Source: an uncultured Fibrobacterota bacterium (GTDB lineage Bacteria > Fibrobacterota > Fibrobacteria > UBA5070). From it: DNA of 48,756 nt. The translations under genes were made by a program, and so were the position numbers. Under the pieces are notes generated by a model, which was given only the letters and a program-made list of their open reading frames with translations, had not been told where the DNA came from and ran no database searches. Every line of letters starts with the position of its first letter. The stretch's first letter is position 1. Location: NCBI GenBank assembly GCA_903825275.1, contig CAIKAA010000499.1, positions 1-48,756 on the forward strand, written 5' to 3'. Below are positions 19,401 through 25,995 of this stretch, piece by piece.

Positions 19401-19668
19401 GATCTTCGACAACATGGGCACCTATGTCGGTGGACAAAATCTGTCTGGATTGGAAAGCAAGGCGGCCCGCGGAGAATTGGATGTCGATCCGGTGGGCCAA
19501 TACGAAGTTTGGATCGCGTGGAATGGGTTGACCTCCAAGGGCACCCTGGCTGCTTCCGGTGTCTACGCGGTGCGGCTGATTTTGCGGCGCAATGTCGGGT
19601 CGAGCTCCAGCTACTTGGGGCAAGACTGGATGAACCAAGTCTATCGCATCGGGTGGATTGTGAAATAA
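13435..19668 (+). CDS. Giant secreted multidomain protein with a GH9-like domain, paralog 2
   Basis: ATG 13435 overlaps the upstream TGA (TGATG). Signal peptide MRHGWGALAFLVAVAFTDARA/AI. Collinear with paralog 1: 'VRINQVGY', 'GGWYDCGDYFKVGQTDAY' (DxGD intact), 'GAGSKNLQHPHNR', 'DEWVKYDVTE'. It also has two FN3-like modules ('TSAIVSWQT...KTTYDFRF', 'SDRATLYWWT...GTTYRYDA'), CBM3-like 'VANNESKPYVGLELRFYFKADAA', three DxDGDG loops, Ig-like 'SEPV' modules, and the tail 'IAWNGLTSKGTLAASGVYAVRLIL'. Confidence 0.85.
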   Translation: MRHGWGALAFLVAVAFTDARAAIDLTCATCDRRVLDSQNVHIGSVRINQVGYRTDDPHKRAVVGDPKSTTFSVLRTNHSVAFTGALASQGTFPYKGRILTRGYFNSTTALYDFRNTNDTDSVTVTSKEPLWTADFGGLLEEGTFRVAVGPDTSLPFDIRMTIYNDVFETSLKYFGIERSGDNGSWMHGPSHMKDGSGRPGGNAKSGSLSGGWYDCGDYFKVGQTDAYAFTNLILAYTLWPQKAEDRYGNSYLDTIPFGNDGVPDLLREAKIGADFVVKLYKASVEDGLIANHDMYQEVGVWDNDHSLWDQPERQDAAPIAKGGAPRPVDAGAGAAVAAQFAGSLAFFAKAWVPFDPVYADSCLKIAKDIYAKVVIPNWNAPGFAPVKFYIVQGRWDDDLAWAATGLWYATGDTAYKFDLMGNTTYGNNPLSVFNFETFKAGFLAMHTSHLFSPGGWVMDYQNTFIHPIWALWDLFYKTDVLAAKWGIPQAEAIDMRKRILRLVGSRYAHETTNSPDGSVYPGTNVNILRPYDLVWSSNTWGMNRYNLGGLLPIVAYHEMIKGDSATSAANYWNIVLDNMNYNLGANPWDISFVMGAGSKNLQHPHNRISNPEGYNAGGIPYAYRSPKGALMGGAIPGQLLRDEWVKYDVTETCIDFSSQMVLPSQYLALDLPPDTTGPVFSNVTVVWVSDTSAIVSWQTDELSRDTLFYAGSVGGVPIGYQVASLAKSKSVTLTGLSPKTTYDFRFVGMDIYRNVSRDNNRGRDYQLTTTSTAPPLPKLTDVKACNIRSDRATLYWWTDVPSTSSVEYAVEGANFATSKIRVDGDDEGIPGRFHKVTLKGLAPGTTYRYDAISGPAREDSGALHYRFTTTADFANYTVQIKATDRYNAGAGAHFYLEVANNESKPYVGLELRFYFKADAATASKIVVHSNDNMLYLVTGLATVLPPQVTFGSAQPVAGVDSTWYIPITIADTLPVAGRLRIEMKFGDVNWIPLPFSSLKNSWSLVAHTTPAPFAGVDLNHLWAEAQPVELWNNVPTVTYVQDPYIAAYYHGEHIYGYTPDGDKPKLPRSVGFAFDGPLPSPATSVKQDSVLVHFSGRTWGKPDVTSMLVQRDSPAFVPTTGILSRADSVRFAQILTDPQGTTSHEWAFWADRSTPLCACAWQRYTVVVDTMKVPPRTLHFGWNPSGAVDAFASTRKPLTLSLFDSSGLPLDTSVGAALSASGSRLTFWSAATGGSMITTLALVHGTAQVWVSDNFADTVVVSGSASLAGSVVTSGSVTVRFAAAPPWPLVDSAWTLDANCDGIPDSVRISLSSAIPPGVQATGLGLVLDGKPSLYPPTSLQINGQILSIAAPAGMTGASFGTGRLALHVTTGGRNLDTASAFVVTDRVGPVVLSVSAQERFGAGLDTVRAAFSEPVTSHGGWPFGVRRSGAMVATPLGPILVRNALPDLLEWSLSQTSFAAGDSALWSNPGLVVDLAGNAAQSCKSPGSIGLRRKTVPLQSAAIVDVDGDGRADSVRLRFVRALGDIELPDSVKVSWGPRDSAIVLPAALIFRSPDSTVLSFRVGFPWGWTSASLAGANLLVLQGDAATGRRDARSTIDSVGPVLLAATLRRGALTDTLRITVSEPVRAGGSVDLSRQGRLDWTSLSRIGSTDSVSWKLVAPSGAFQDGDSVKLAPALSLGVFSDRSGNAAAPNAPWIRVQAGDGAPLVAVAQDLDGDGKAETIRLSWEKRPRRAHGFVFSAQDSSGQVVIRTVPSGVGTWTSAGDTLVIALVDPFPFGLTSGFNTSTQTELFDDGSLDSLPFALTDGVAPVAVSAMIRYASVGQTLDTLVVRSSEPTIFGSPDLFQVTTAQGLVNTVHGIGAGQSPDGRTTWLLLNPLDSAITSFGRGDSLRLFSPSARDGQGNLALANGHLVRVQFGTRPPRFTLDFLPGLKIQSNGTKPTGAPIEILVRRLGSNRWTTLDGLPVEENSPRIGPRIQTNSPLGGALAIFDNMGTYVGGQNLSGLESKAARGELDVDPVGQYEVWIAWNGLTSKGTLAASGVYAVRLILRRNVGSSSSYLGQDWMNQVYRIGWIVK

Positions 19669-19696
19669 GCCTCGCTCCGACAGGGGCGGTTTTTTG
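19669..19696 (+). terminator. Possible intrinsic terminator after giant gene 2
   Basis: Directly after TAA (19666-19668) comes 'GCCTC gctccgaca GGGGC GG TTTTTT'. This is a short 5-bp stem (one G:U pair) followed by a T6 run. The stem is weak and the T-tract is clear. Confidence 0.45.
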
Positions 19697-19724
19697 ATTC
19701 CCAATCCTGTATACTGGGGTGACG

Positions 19725-20645
19725 ATGGATCAAACAATCGCGCCGCTGGTGAGTTTTTTGGAAACCGTGCTTTTGGGCAAGCCCCAAGCGGTTCGTTTGT
19801 TGGTGCAAGCCTTGCTTGCCGATGGCCATGTGTTGTTGGAAGATGTGCCGGGAACCGGCAAGACGACGTTGGCGCGCGCCTTGGCCGCCGGAATCGGTGC
19901 CGATTTTCGCCGCATCCAATTCACCCCCGACCTATTGCCCACCGATGTGACCGGAGGGGCCATTTTCCGGCCCACCACCGGTGAATTCGAGTTGCGCAAA
20001 GGTCCCGTTTTCGCGAATGTCTTGTTGGCCGACGAGATCAACCGGGCCTCACCGCGGACCCAAAGCGCCCTTTTGGAGGCCATGGAAGAGCGCCAGGTCA
20101 CTTTGGAAGGCGATCCCTTCCCTTTGCCCGATCCCTTTTTGGTCCTGGCGACCCAGAATCCCATCGAATTCCACGGTGTCCACCCGCTTCCCGAAGCCCA
20201 AATGGACAGGTTTTTGATTCGCTTGGAGATTGGCTACCCCGACGAGGAAACGGAGCGGCAGATTTTGGCGGGGCACCGGAGCCTTCGTCCAACTGACGCC
20301 AAGATGGCCGCAGTGACGACCCTTTCGGAGGTGTTGGCTTCGCGCCAGAAGGTTCGCGCCCTCCACATGGATCGGGCGATCGAAGGCTACATCGTGGCCT
20401 TGGTGCGAGCCACGCGCGCCCATCCTTCGGTGCGGCTGGGAGCCAGTCCCAGGGCCGTCTTGGCGTTGGGATCCTTGGCGCAGGCGGCGGCCTGGATGGA
20501 GGGGCGGGACCATGTCCGGCCCGAAGATGTCCAAGACGTGGCCCGACCGGTTTTGGGCCACCGGATCTTGGCCCGCGAGGCGTCGTCGGGAGCCGTGAAC
20601 CGGATTGTCGAAGACGTGTTGCGAACGGTTGCGGTGCCGGCCTGA
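19725..20645 (+). CDS. MoxR-family AAA+ ATPase
   Basis: Walker A 'EDVPGTGKTTLARALA', 'RIQFTPDLLPTDVTG', Walker B/sensor region 'VLLADEINRASPRTQSALLEAMEERQVT', 'FLVLATQNPIE'. The track starts at GTG 19719; ATG 19725 is equally possible. Confidence 0.9.
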   Translation: MDQTIAPLVSFLETVLLGKPQAVRLLVQALLADGHVLLEDVPGTGKTTLARALAAGIGADFRRIQFTPDLLPTDVTGGAIFRPTTGEFELRKGPVFANVLLADEINRASPRTQSALLEAMEERQVTLEGDPFPLPDPFLVLATQNPIEFHGVHPLPEAQMDRFLIRLEIGYPDEETERQILAGHRSLRPTDAKMAAVTTLSEVLASRQKVRALHMDRAIEGYIVALVRATRAHPSVRLGASPRAVLALGSLAQAAAWMEGRDHVRPEDVQDVARPVLGHRILAREASSGAVNRIVEDVLRTVAVPA

Positions 20646-20656
20646 GAGCTTCCCCC

Positions 20657-21886
20657 ATGTCCGATTTTCGACAGGTTCTGAAATGGATTTTGGCCACCTG
20701 GCCTCGACGTTCCCACCGCCGCAACCCCATCGAGGAACTTCATGCGTTTTTTGCCGAGCGCCTGACAGATTCTGGCAAAAAATTGTCGTTGCTTTGGGTG
20801 GTTTCTCTCGCTTTGGCCATGGCACCAGGCTGGAGTCCGGCCGAGGGATTGTTTTCCTTGTTGACTTCGGTGCTTTTGGTCTCGCTGGTGCTGGCGGTTC
20901 GATCCCCGTCCCTGAAGGCCAAATTCTTGTCCTCGGGTCGGGCGGTGGAAGGCGAACAGGTGGAGCTGCGATTTCGCCTGGAAAACACCTCCAAACGTGC
21001 TTTGGAATGGGTTGGAATTGGGCTGTTTCGCGCCCGTGACGGGTTGGCTTCCCGCGACGAGATCACCCTGACCGAATCCCTGGAAGCGGGGGCTACTTGT
21101 GACTTGACGGTGAGGGTCCAATGCCAGTCTCGAGGACCCACGGGGTTTCCTGGAGTGGGCGTGGTCAAGCCGGATGGGTTTGGATTGGCGCGCTCGCGAA
21201 AGATTGATTTCCAACCTTTGGACGTGGAGGTTTGTCCGGCGAGCTTGGCGGTGAAGCCGGGCCGATTTCTGTTCGATGGCCCGAGCGGAGCGGCGTTTGC
21301 CGAAGCGGTGGGAATGGGAGCGGACCGGGAGCGAATCTTCCAGGGCGTGCGCCCTTTCCGGGAGGGAGACCGCTTGCGCGACCTGGACCACAAGGCCTGG
21401 GCGCGCTGGAACATTCCCATTGTGCGGGAGTTCGCTTCGGCTCCGAACCGCGGCATCGCGATCGCGATCGAAACTGGATGCGAGGGGCTTTTGGAACGTT
21501 CCCGAATCGATCCCATGCTTCGCCTGGCAGCCGGAGTGGCGGCTGATTTTTGTCGCCGAGGGTGGCTGGGTAGTCTTCGGATCGATGGAGTGTTGGCCAA
21601 GGTTCGCTTGGATTCGGTCGAGGACGTGGTGTCGGCTTTTGCGCGGGTGCCCCGCTGCGGGTGGGGGCGTTGGCCCAAACCAACCGGATTTTTAACTGAG
21701 ACAGAGGAGCGGACTCCGGTCCTGGTCTTCGGGGTGTCGCCTCGGGTTGCTTTTGGGCGTGATTCCTCTCTTGGCTTCGTGATCAAACGCCTCGTGGTGG
21801 TCTTCCGTCCAAAGGACCAGGAGATCGATGAAGAGGTCCGACAAATTTTGGTCTCCGAGATCGCTTTGGGAGAAATTGTCTTGTGA
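20657..21886 (+). CDS. DUF58-family protein (MoxR partner)
   Basis: 'VRPFREGDRLRDLDHKAWARWNIPIVREF' matches the DUF58 core (Y/F-x-x-GD-x-x-R-x-ID-W-K-A-x-AR...VREF). It has N-terminal TM segments and lies immediately after MoxR. Confidence 0.75.
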   Translation: MSDFRQVLKWILATWPRRSHRRNPIEELHAFFAERLTDSGKKLSLLWVVSLALAMAPGWSPAEGLFSLLTSVLLVSLVLAVRSPSLKAKFLSSGRAVEGEQVELRFRLENTSKRALEWVGIGLFRARDGLASRDEITLTESLEAGATCDLTVRVQCQSRGPTGFPGVGVVKPDGFGLARSRKIDFQPLDVEVCPASLAVKPGRFLFDGPSGAAFAEAVGMGADRERIFQGVRPFREGDRLRDLDHKAWARWNIPIVREFASAPNRGIAIAIETGCEGLLERSRIDPMLRLAAGVAADFCRRGWLGSLRIDGVLAKVRLDSVEDVVSAFARVPRCGWGRWPKPTGFLTETEERTPVLVFGVSPRVAFGRDSSLGFVIKRLVVVFRPKDQEIDEEVRQILVSEIALGEIVL

Positions 21887-23778
21887 CGGGCGTGTCGCAC
21901 ACCGGTAACGATCAGACCGATCGCTGGACCTTCCGGACCTGGTTCCTTCCTTGGCTGCAACTGGCCTTGGTGTGCGCCGTGGCCGCCCTTCGCAGCCCGG
22001 CCTTACCCCTCTATGTCTGCCTTCTCGCGTTGGTTTGCCTCCCGATCCTGCGCGGGCCGTTGGCGCACCGGCGCTGGACGAGCTGGCTGGTTGTGGCGGT
22101 CTGCGCAATTTGGTGGGTGGCGGAATCCGCTTCGGAAAATTCCCTACGTGGATATTTGGAATTGGTGCGGATCGGCGGGTGGTGTCTTTGCGTGTTGGGT
22201 GCTGGTCAAATTTTGTCTTTGGGTCGCGGAGGATCCATTGTACTGGTCTCGTGGTGCATGTTGGGAGCCACCTGGGCATTTGGAGGTGGAGAGGGTTTTG
22301 CGGGAGCCTGGCCGCTCTTGGTCCAAGGAATTCTGACGATTGAAAGCCTCCGGCGAAAAAATGGTCGGACGGGACGCAGTTGGGTCGCGGCGGGTTTTTG
22401 GATGGCGTCCTTGCTGGTCATGGGCGGCGTTGTGGTCTTCCAATTGTCCTGGTTTCGCTCGGGAGGCTGGGGCCAAAGGTTGGATTGGCAGGAATCAAGT
22501 TCTAGGATCAAAGGCTTTTCAACCCTCTCCCGATTGGGGAGTTTTGGACCCTCGGCGTTGTCGGACCGCGACAATTTGGTCGCGCTGCGGGTCTGGTCGG
22601 ATTCGCCGCCCACGCTGATGAAAGGGATGATCCACGACATCTATTCGAACGGCTCCTGGCTGGCCACCCGGTCGATCAAATTCAAGGGGTTTGAGAAGAT
22701 GACCCTGGACCATGCCCAATTTTGTCGAGACCAAGTGGATCCCGGTGCCGCAAGGGGCTGGGCTTCCAGTCCCGACGACCGGGTTCCTGTGCTGTTCGCA
22801 CCGCCGGGTACCGGCTGCGTGGGGGTGGTCGCCGACAGCTTGTGCCTTTCTTCCCAGGGCGTCTTTGGAGCCCCGCCAACGGGTTTGGGACGAGGCTGGT
22901 TTTGGTACTCCACCGACAAGGTGGATACCGAAACGATCCCGTCGGAACGGCGGGTTCCGTCGGAGCTGGTGGGTTTGTTGGATTCGGCGTGGTCGGAAAT
23001 GGAGCGCCTCGACCCCAAGCGGGATATCGCCTCGTTGTCGGAACAGGACCGGGTCCAACTTCTTTCCGAATGGTTTCAGCTTCGCTTCCAATACGACTTG
23101 GATGTTCCTCAAGAGAAAGGCCTCGATCCCCTGCGGGTCTTTTTCCGCAGCAGAAAGGGGTATTGCGAATACTTCGCCACGGCCGCAGTGCTTTTGTTGC
23201 GTCGGGCCGGAGTCCACGCTCGCTATGTGACTGGCTATTCGCAACCCGAGGCCAAGGGGGTAGGAAAATGGTGGCTCTATCATCAAGGAGATGCTCATGC
23301 CTGGGTGGAATGGAAGCCGAAACAGGGCAATTGGACCACCTTTGATCCCACTCCGGTGGCACAGATGGCCCATGACAAGGGTGAGAGAAGGTGGATGCGC
23401 TGGGGAGAATCCCTCGCCGGTGGGGCGGTTTATGGTTGGCACTGGATCCGCGACGGTGCTTGGCGATCGCGATTGGATGGGTGGCAGACGCGTTGGGAGG
23501 CGTGGTCTGGACCGCTCAAAGGGGTGGGAGGATGGATCTTGGCGATGGGATTGGGGGGACTGGTGATTTGGAAACGCCGTCAAACGCTCCGATCCGGAAA
23601 AAGAGGGGAATGGATGATCCGACTGGAGCGTGCGGAATCCGCTTTGCGTCGTCAAGGTCATGTTCGGTCGCGCGGCGAAACCATCCGTGATTTTTTGACA
23701 AGGCTTCCCGAAAACCTCGATTCCAAGGCCATGGGCACATTGCGGGCCTACCAAGACCAACGCTGGAAGGCTAAATAG
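21883..23778 (+). CDS. Membrane transglutaminase-like protein (TgpA-like)
   Basis: GTG 21883 overlaps the upstream stop. It has multiple N-terminal TM helices. The transglutaminase core is readable as 'RKGYCEYFATAAVLLLRRAGVHARYVTGY' (Cys) and 'GDAHAWVEW' (His). A further TM helix lies near the C-terminus. Confidence 0.8.
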   Translation: MTGVSHTGNDQTDRWTFRTWFLPWLQLALVCAVAALRSPALPLYVCLLALVCLPILRGPLAHRRWTSWLVVAVCAIWWVAESASENSLRGYLELVRIGGWCLCVLGAGQILSLGRGGSIVLVSWCMLGATWAFGGGEGFAGAWPLLVQGILTIESLRRKNGRTGRSWVAAGFWMASLLVMGGVVVFQLSWFRSGGWGQRLDWQESSSRIKGFSTLSRLGSFGPSALSDRDNLVALRVWSDSPPTLMKGMIHDIYSNGSWLATRSIKFKGFEKMTLDHAQFCRDQVDPGAARGWASSPDDRVPVLFAPPGTGCVGVVADSLCLSSQGVFGAPPTGLGRGWFWYSTDKVDTETIPSERRVPSELVGLLDSAWSEMERLDPKRDIASLSEQDRVQLLSEWFQLRFQYDLDVPQEKGLDPLRVFFRSRKGYCEYFATAAVLLLRRAGVHARYVTGYSQPEAKGVGKWWLYHQGDAHAWVEWKPKQGNWTTFDPTPVAQMAHDKGERRWMRWGESLAGGAVYGWHWIRDGAWRSRLDGWQTRWEAWSGPLKGVGGWILAMGLGGLVIWKRRQTLRSGKRGEWMIRLERAESALRRQGHVRSRGETIRDFLTRLPENLDSKAMGTLRAYQDQRWKAK

Positions 23779-23783
23779 GGAGA

Positions 23784-24374
23784 GTGCTCACGACCGGAGA
23801 CGCTGCCAAATTGTTGAACGTGACCTCGCAGACCATCATCAATTGGATGGAATCGGGGAAACTTCCGTTCGTCCGCGTGGGTCGCGGTCGACGCAAGATT
23901 TTGCCGCGCCAGATCCGCGCCTTTGTGGAAACGGAAAAGCTTCCGATCGCCGGGTTGGATCCGCTTTTATGGGCCAAGGTTTTGGACCAGACCGATTCCA
24001 CTGAAATTTCCTCCGAACTCCCGATGTTGGTATTGGATTCCCTAGGGAGCGTCGTCTTTTGGAGCCCTTCCGCTCGGGAGCGCTTTGGCTGGACCACTTT
24101 GGATTTGGTGGGACAGCCTCTCTCGATCATCCCCGCCAGAGTTCCTGGATTGCCGGTCGATTTGACGGACTTGGCCTTGCCTTCGGGAAACGAGACCTTT
24201 CGAACCTTACTGCTGGAAATTCAATCGCGGGAGTCCAAGTGGCTGGCCACCGATTTGACGGTTTCCTGGGTCTTCGACACGCGAGGCGCGGTTGTGGGCA
24301 CGGTGATTTTGCTGGAAGCCCCTAAGATCTCGTCGGGGGTTTCGGTCAAATTCAAACGCCGCGCCATTGGCTAG
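23784..24374 (+). CDS. Excisionase/MerR-type HTH DNA-binding domain fused to a PAS-like sensor domain
   Basis: 'LTTGDAAKLLNVTSQTIINWMESGKLPFVRVGRGRRKILPRQIRAFV' is the excisionase-family HTH pattern. The C-terminal part 'MLVLDSLGSVVFWSPSARERFGWTTLDLVGQPLSIIP' is PAS-like. It starts 6 nt after the transglutaminase stop, so it is probably in the same operon. Confidence 0.65.
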   Translation: MLTTGDAAKLLNVTSQTIINWMESGKLPFVRVGRGRRKILPRQIRAFVETEKLPIAGLDPLLWAKVLDQTDSTEISSELPMLVLDSLGSVVFWSPSARERFGWTTLDLVGQPLSIIPARVPGLPVDLTDLALPSGNETFRTLLLEIQSRESKWLATDLTVSWVFDTRGAVVGTVILLEAPKISSGVSVKFKRRAIG

Positions 24375-24380
24375 AAGGGG

Positions 24381-24734
24381 CTAAGGCCGCTTGGCGGGGT
24401 TGACCAAGGTGGTGTCGACAAAACGCACGGCGACCTCGCCCGGCAAGACCAAGCCCAGGCGACGAGCTTCCCCCGCGATGGTGGCGGAGTCATTGGAAAG
24501 CTGGTGCAAACTGTCTTCCAGAGATTTCAGCCGGTCCCGCAAGGAATCGTTGTGGATTTGCAACGCCGCCAACCGTTGGGCAGTTCGCTGTTGTCGCACC
24601 ACCCCGTAGGGGCCAAAGGTCCAGGCGTAGATCGTGAACAAGACCGACACGATCAGGATCCAACGTCCGATCGGCAACCGCTTGGGCGGATGGGCAGCCA
24701 GATGTGGAGTTTGGCTTGGCGAGGGGGAATTCAT
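24381..24734 (-). CDS. Septum-formation initiator (FtsB/DivIC-like) protein
   Basis: 117 aa with one TM 'WILIVSVLFTIYAWTF', a coiled coil 'QRLAALQIHNDSLRDRLKSLEDSLHQL', then 'IAGEARRLGLVLPGEVAVRF', typical of FtsB/DivIC. The ATG overlaps the dprA stop (ATGA). Confidence 0.6.
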   Translation of the reverse strand: MNSPSPSQTPHLAAHPPKRLPIGRWILIVSVLFTIYAWTFGPYGVVRQQRTAQRLAALQIHNDSLRDRLKSLEDSLHQLSNDSATIAGEARRLGLVLPGEVAVRFVDTTLVNPAKRP

Positions 24735-25843
24735 TCCAGAATCCCAAACCGAGCTCCACCCATCCGTTGGATGCGCCCGGAAAGCTCGAGCAAGACCAGC
24801 TCTCCTTGCAGTTGGGACATGGGCATTTGGGTTTGCAGAGCGATCTCCTCGATGCTGGCGTCGTGCTTTTGGAGCAATTTAACCACCAAAGAGTCCGACG
24901 GGTTGTCTTCCCTCCACCTTCCCGCCTTCCACCCCAATGCCGACCAGAGGTCGTCTGGGGATGCGCAAAGCCCCGCTCCTTGGCGCAACAGCGAAAAACA
25001 ACCTTCGAAGGTGGGGGCGTTGGCCGGACCGGGGCAGGCCAAAAGTTCGCGATTTTGTTCCAACGCGTTCCTGGCGGTGATCAAAGCGCCGCTTTTGTGA
25101 GGGGCCTCGACCACGACCACGGCTTGGGAAAGCCCTGAGATAATGCGATTGCGGCGAACAAAATTGGCGGGCACCACGGGAGCTCCAAACGGGTGTTCGG
25201 TGATGATCACGCCTGACTGGGCGATTTGTTGGGCCAGACGTCCTCGTCCGGTGGTCCCCAATCCGTTCAGGGGGCAGCCGAGGACCGCCAGGGTTTCCCC
25301 GCCCTGTTCCAAGGCGGTGCGGTGGGCGACCTCGTCGATGCCTCGCGCCAGTCCGGAAACAATCCGCAGGCCGCCTTGGGACCAAGGTCGACAAAGGTTG
25401 CGAGCGGTCTCGGTTCCGTAGGAGGTGGGGCTTCTTGTCCCCACCACGGCCACCGCGCGGGGATGGGAAAGGGGCAAAACGCCTTGGGCGAACAGAACCG
25501 GTGGCGGAGAAGCGATTTCGCGCAACCGCGACGGGTAATCGGGGTCGTCTAGGCACACAATGGACGCGCCCAACGATTCGGTCATCGAGACCTGGCGCCG
25601 GGCCCAGAGTAGATCGGGGCCATCCAGGATGGATTGGATGGTGGCGGCTCCCAAAGCAGGATGGATGCTTTCCAAATCTTGACGAGAGGCGCCGAAAGCG
25701 GCCTGGGGGGATCCAAATCGATCGATCAGAGCCTGGCTTCGCACCGGACCCACGCACTCGATGTGGGTGAGCGCCAACCAATACAAGCGGGTGATGCCAG
25801 GAGAATCGGACCGAAGGGAGGGTTTGTGAGTGGCGGTGACCAT
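24731..25843 (-). CDS. dprA: DNA-processing protein DprA (Smf)
   Basis: 'VVGTRSPTSYG', 'SGLARGIDEVAHRTALEQGGETLAVLGCPL', 'ANFVRRNRIISGLSQAVVVVEAPHKSGALITARNALEQNRELLACPG' form the DprA Rossmann core. The track ORF extends to a TTG at 25897; ATG 25843 (MVTATHKPS...) was chosen, so the start is uncertain. Confidence 0.9.
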   Translation of the reverse strand: MVTATHKPSLRSDSPGITRLYWLALTHIECVGPVRSQALIDRFGSPQAAFGASRQDLESIHPALGAATIQSILDGPDLLWARRQVSMTESLGASIVCLDDPDYPSRLREIASPPPVLFAQGVLPLSHPRAVAVVGTRSPTSYGTETARNLCRPWSQGGLRIVSGLARGIDEVAHRTALEQGGETLAVLGCPLNGLGTTGRGRLAQQIAQSGVIITEHPFGAPVVPANFVRRNRIISGLSQAVVVVEAPHKSGALITARNALEQNRELLACPGPANAPTFEGCFSLLRQGAGLCASPDDLWSALGWKAGRWREDNPSDSLVVKLLQKHDASIEEIALQTQMPMSQLQGELVLLELSGRIQRMGGARFGILE

Positions 25844-25995
25844 AGGGGGTAAAGAGAAGATACTGCTCAAATAAGCAAAACGCAAATTTTTCTTCAAGGC
25901 AAGGAAGTGGGAAAACGGATGCCAATGGAACGGTTTCTCCCGGTTTTCGACAGGTCCTGTCAGAGGAAAAAATGTGTCCTGGTTTGATTCAGTGA

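Noticed and set aside
7876-19697. Long alternative-frame and antisense ORFs inside the giant genes (for example + 7876..8922, - 9404..10390, - 11507..13423, - 13402..14451, - 16495..17538, - 17454..18884, + 18402..19697).
   Set aside because: Their translations are Arg/Gly/Pro/His-rich low-complexity sequence, typical of off-frame reading of GC-rich coding DNA. The in-frame giant ORFs carry coherent domain motifs throughout.
19694-19715. Sigma-70-type promoter TTGATT ... TATACT upstream of the MoxR gene.
   Set aside because: The spacer is only 10 nt (canonical is 17 +/- 1). TATACT alone, 10 nt from ATG 19725, is insufficient evidence.
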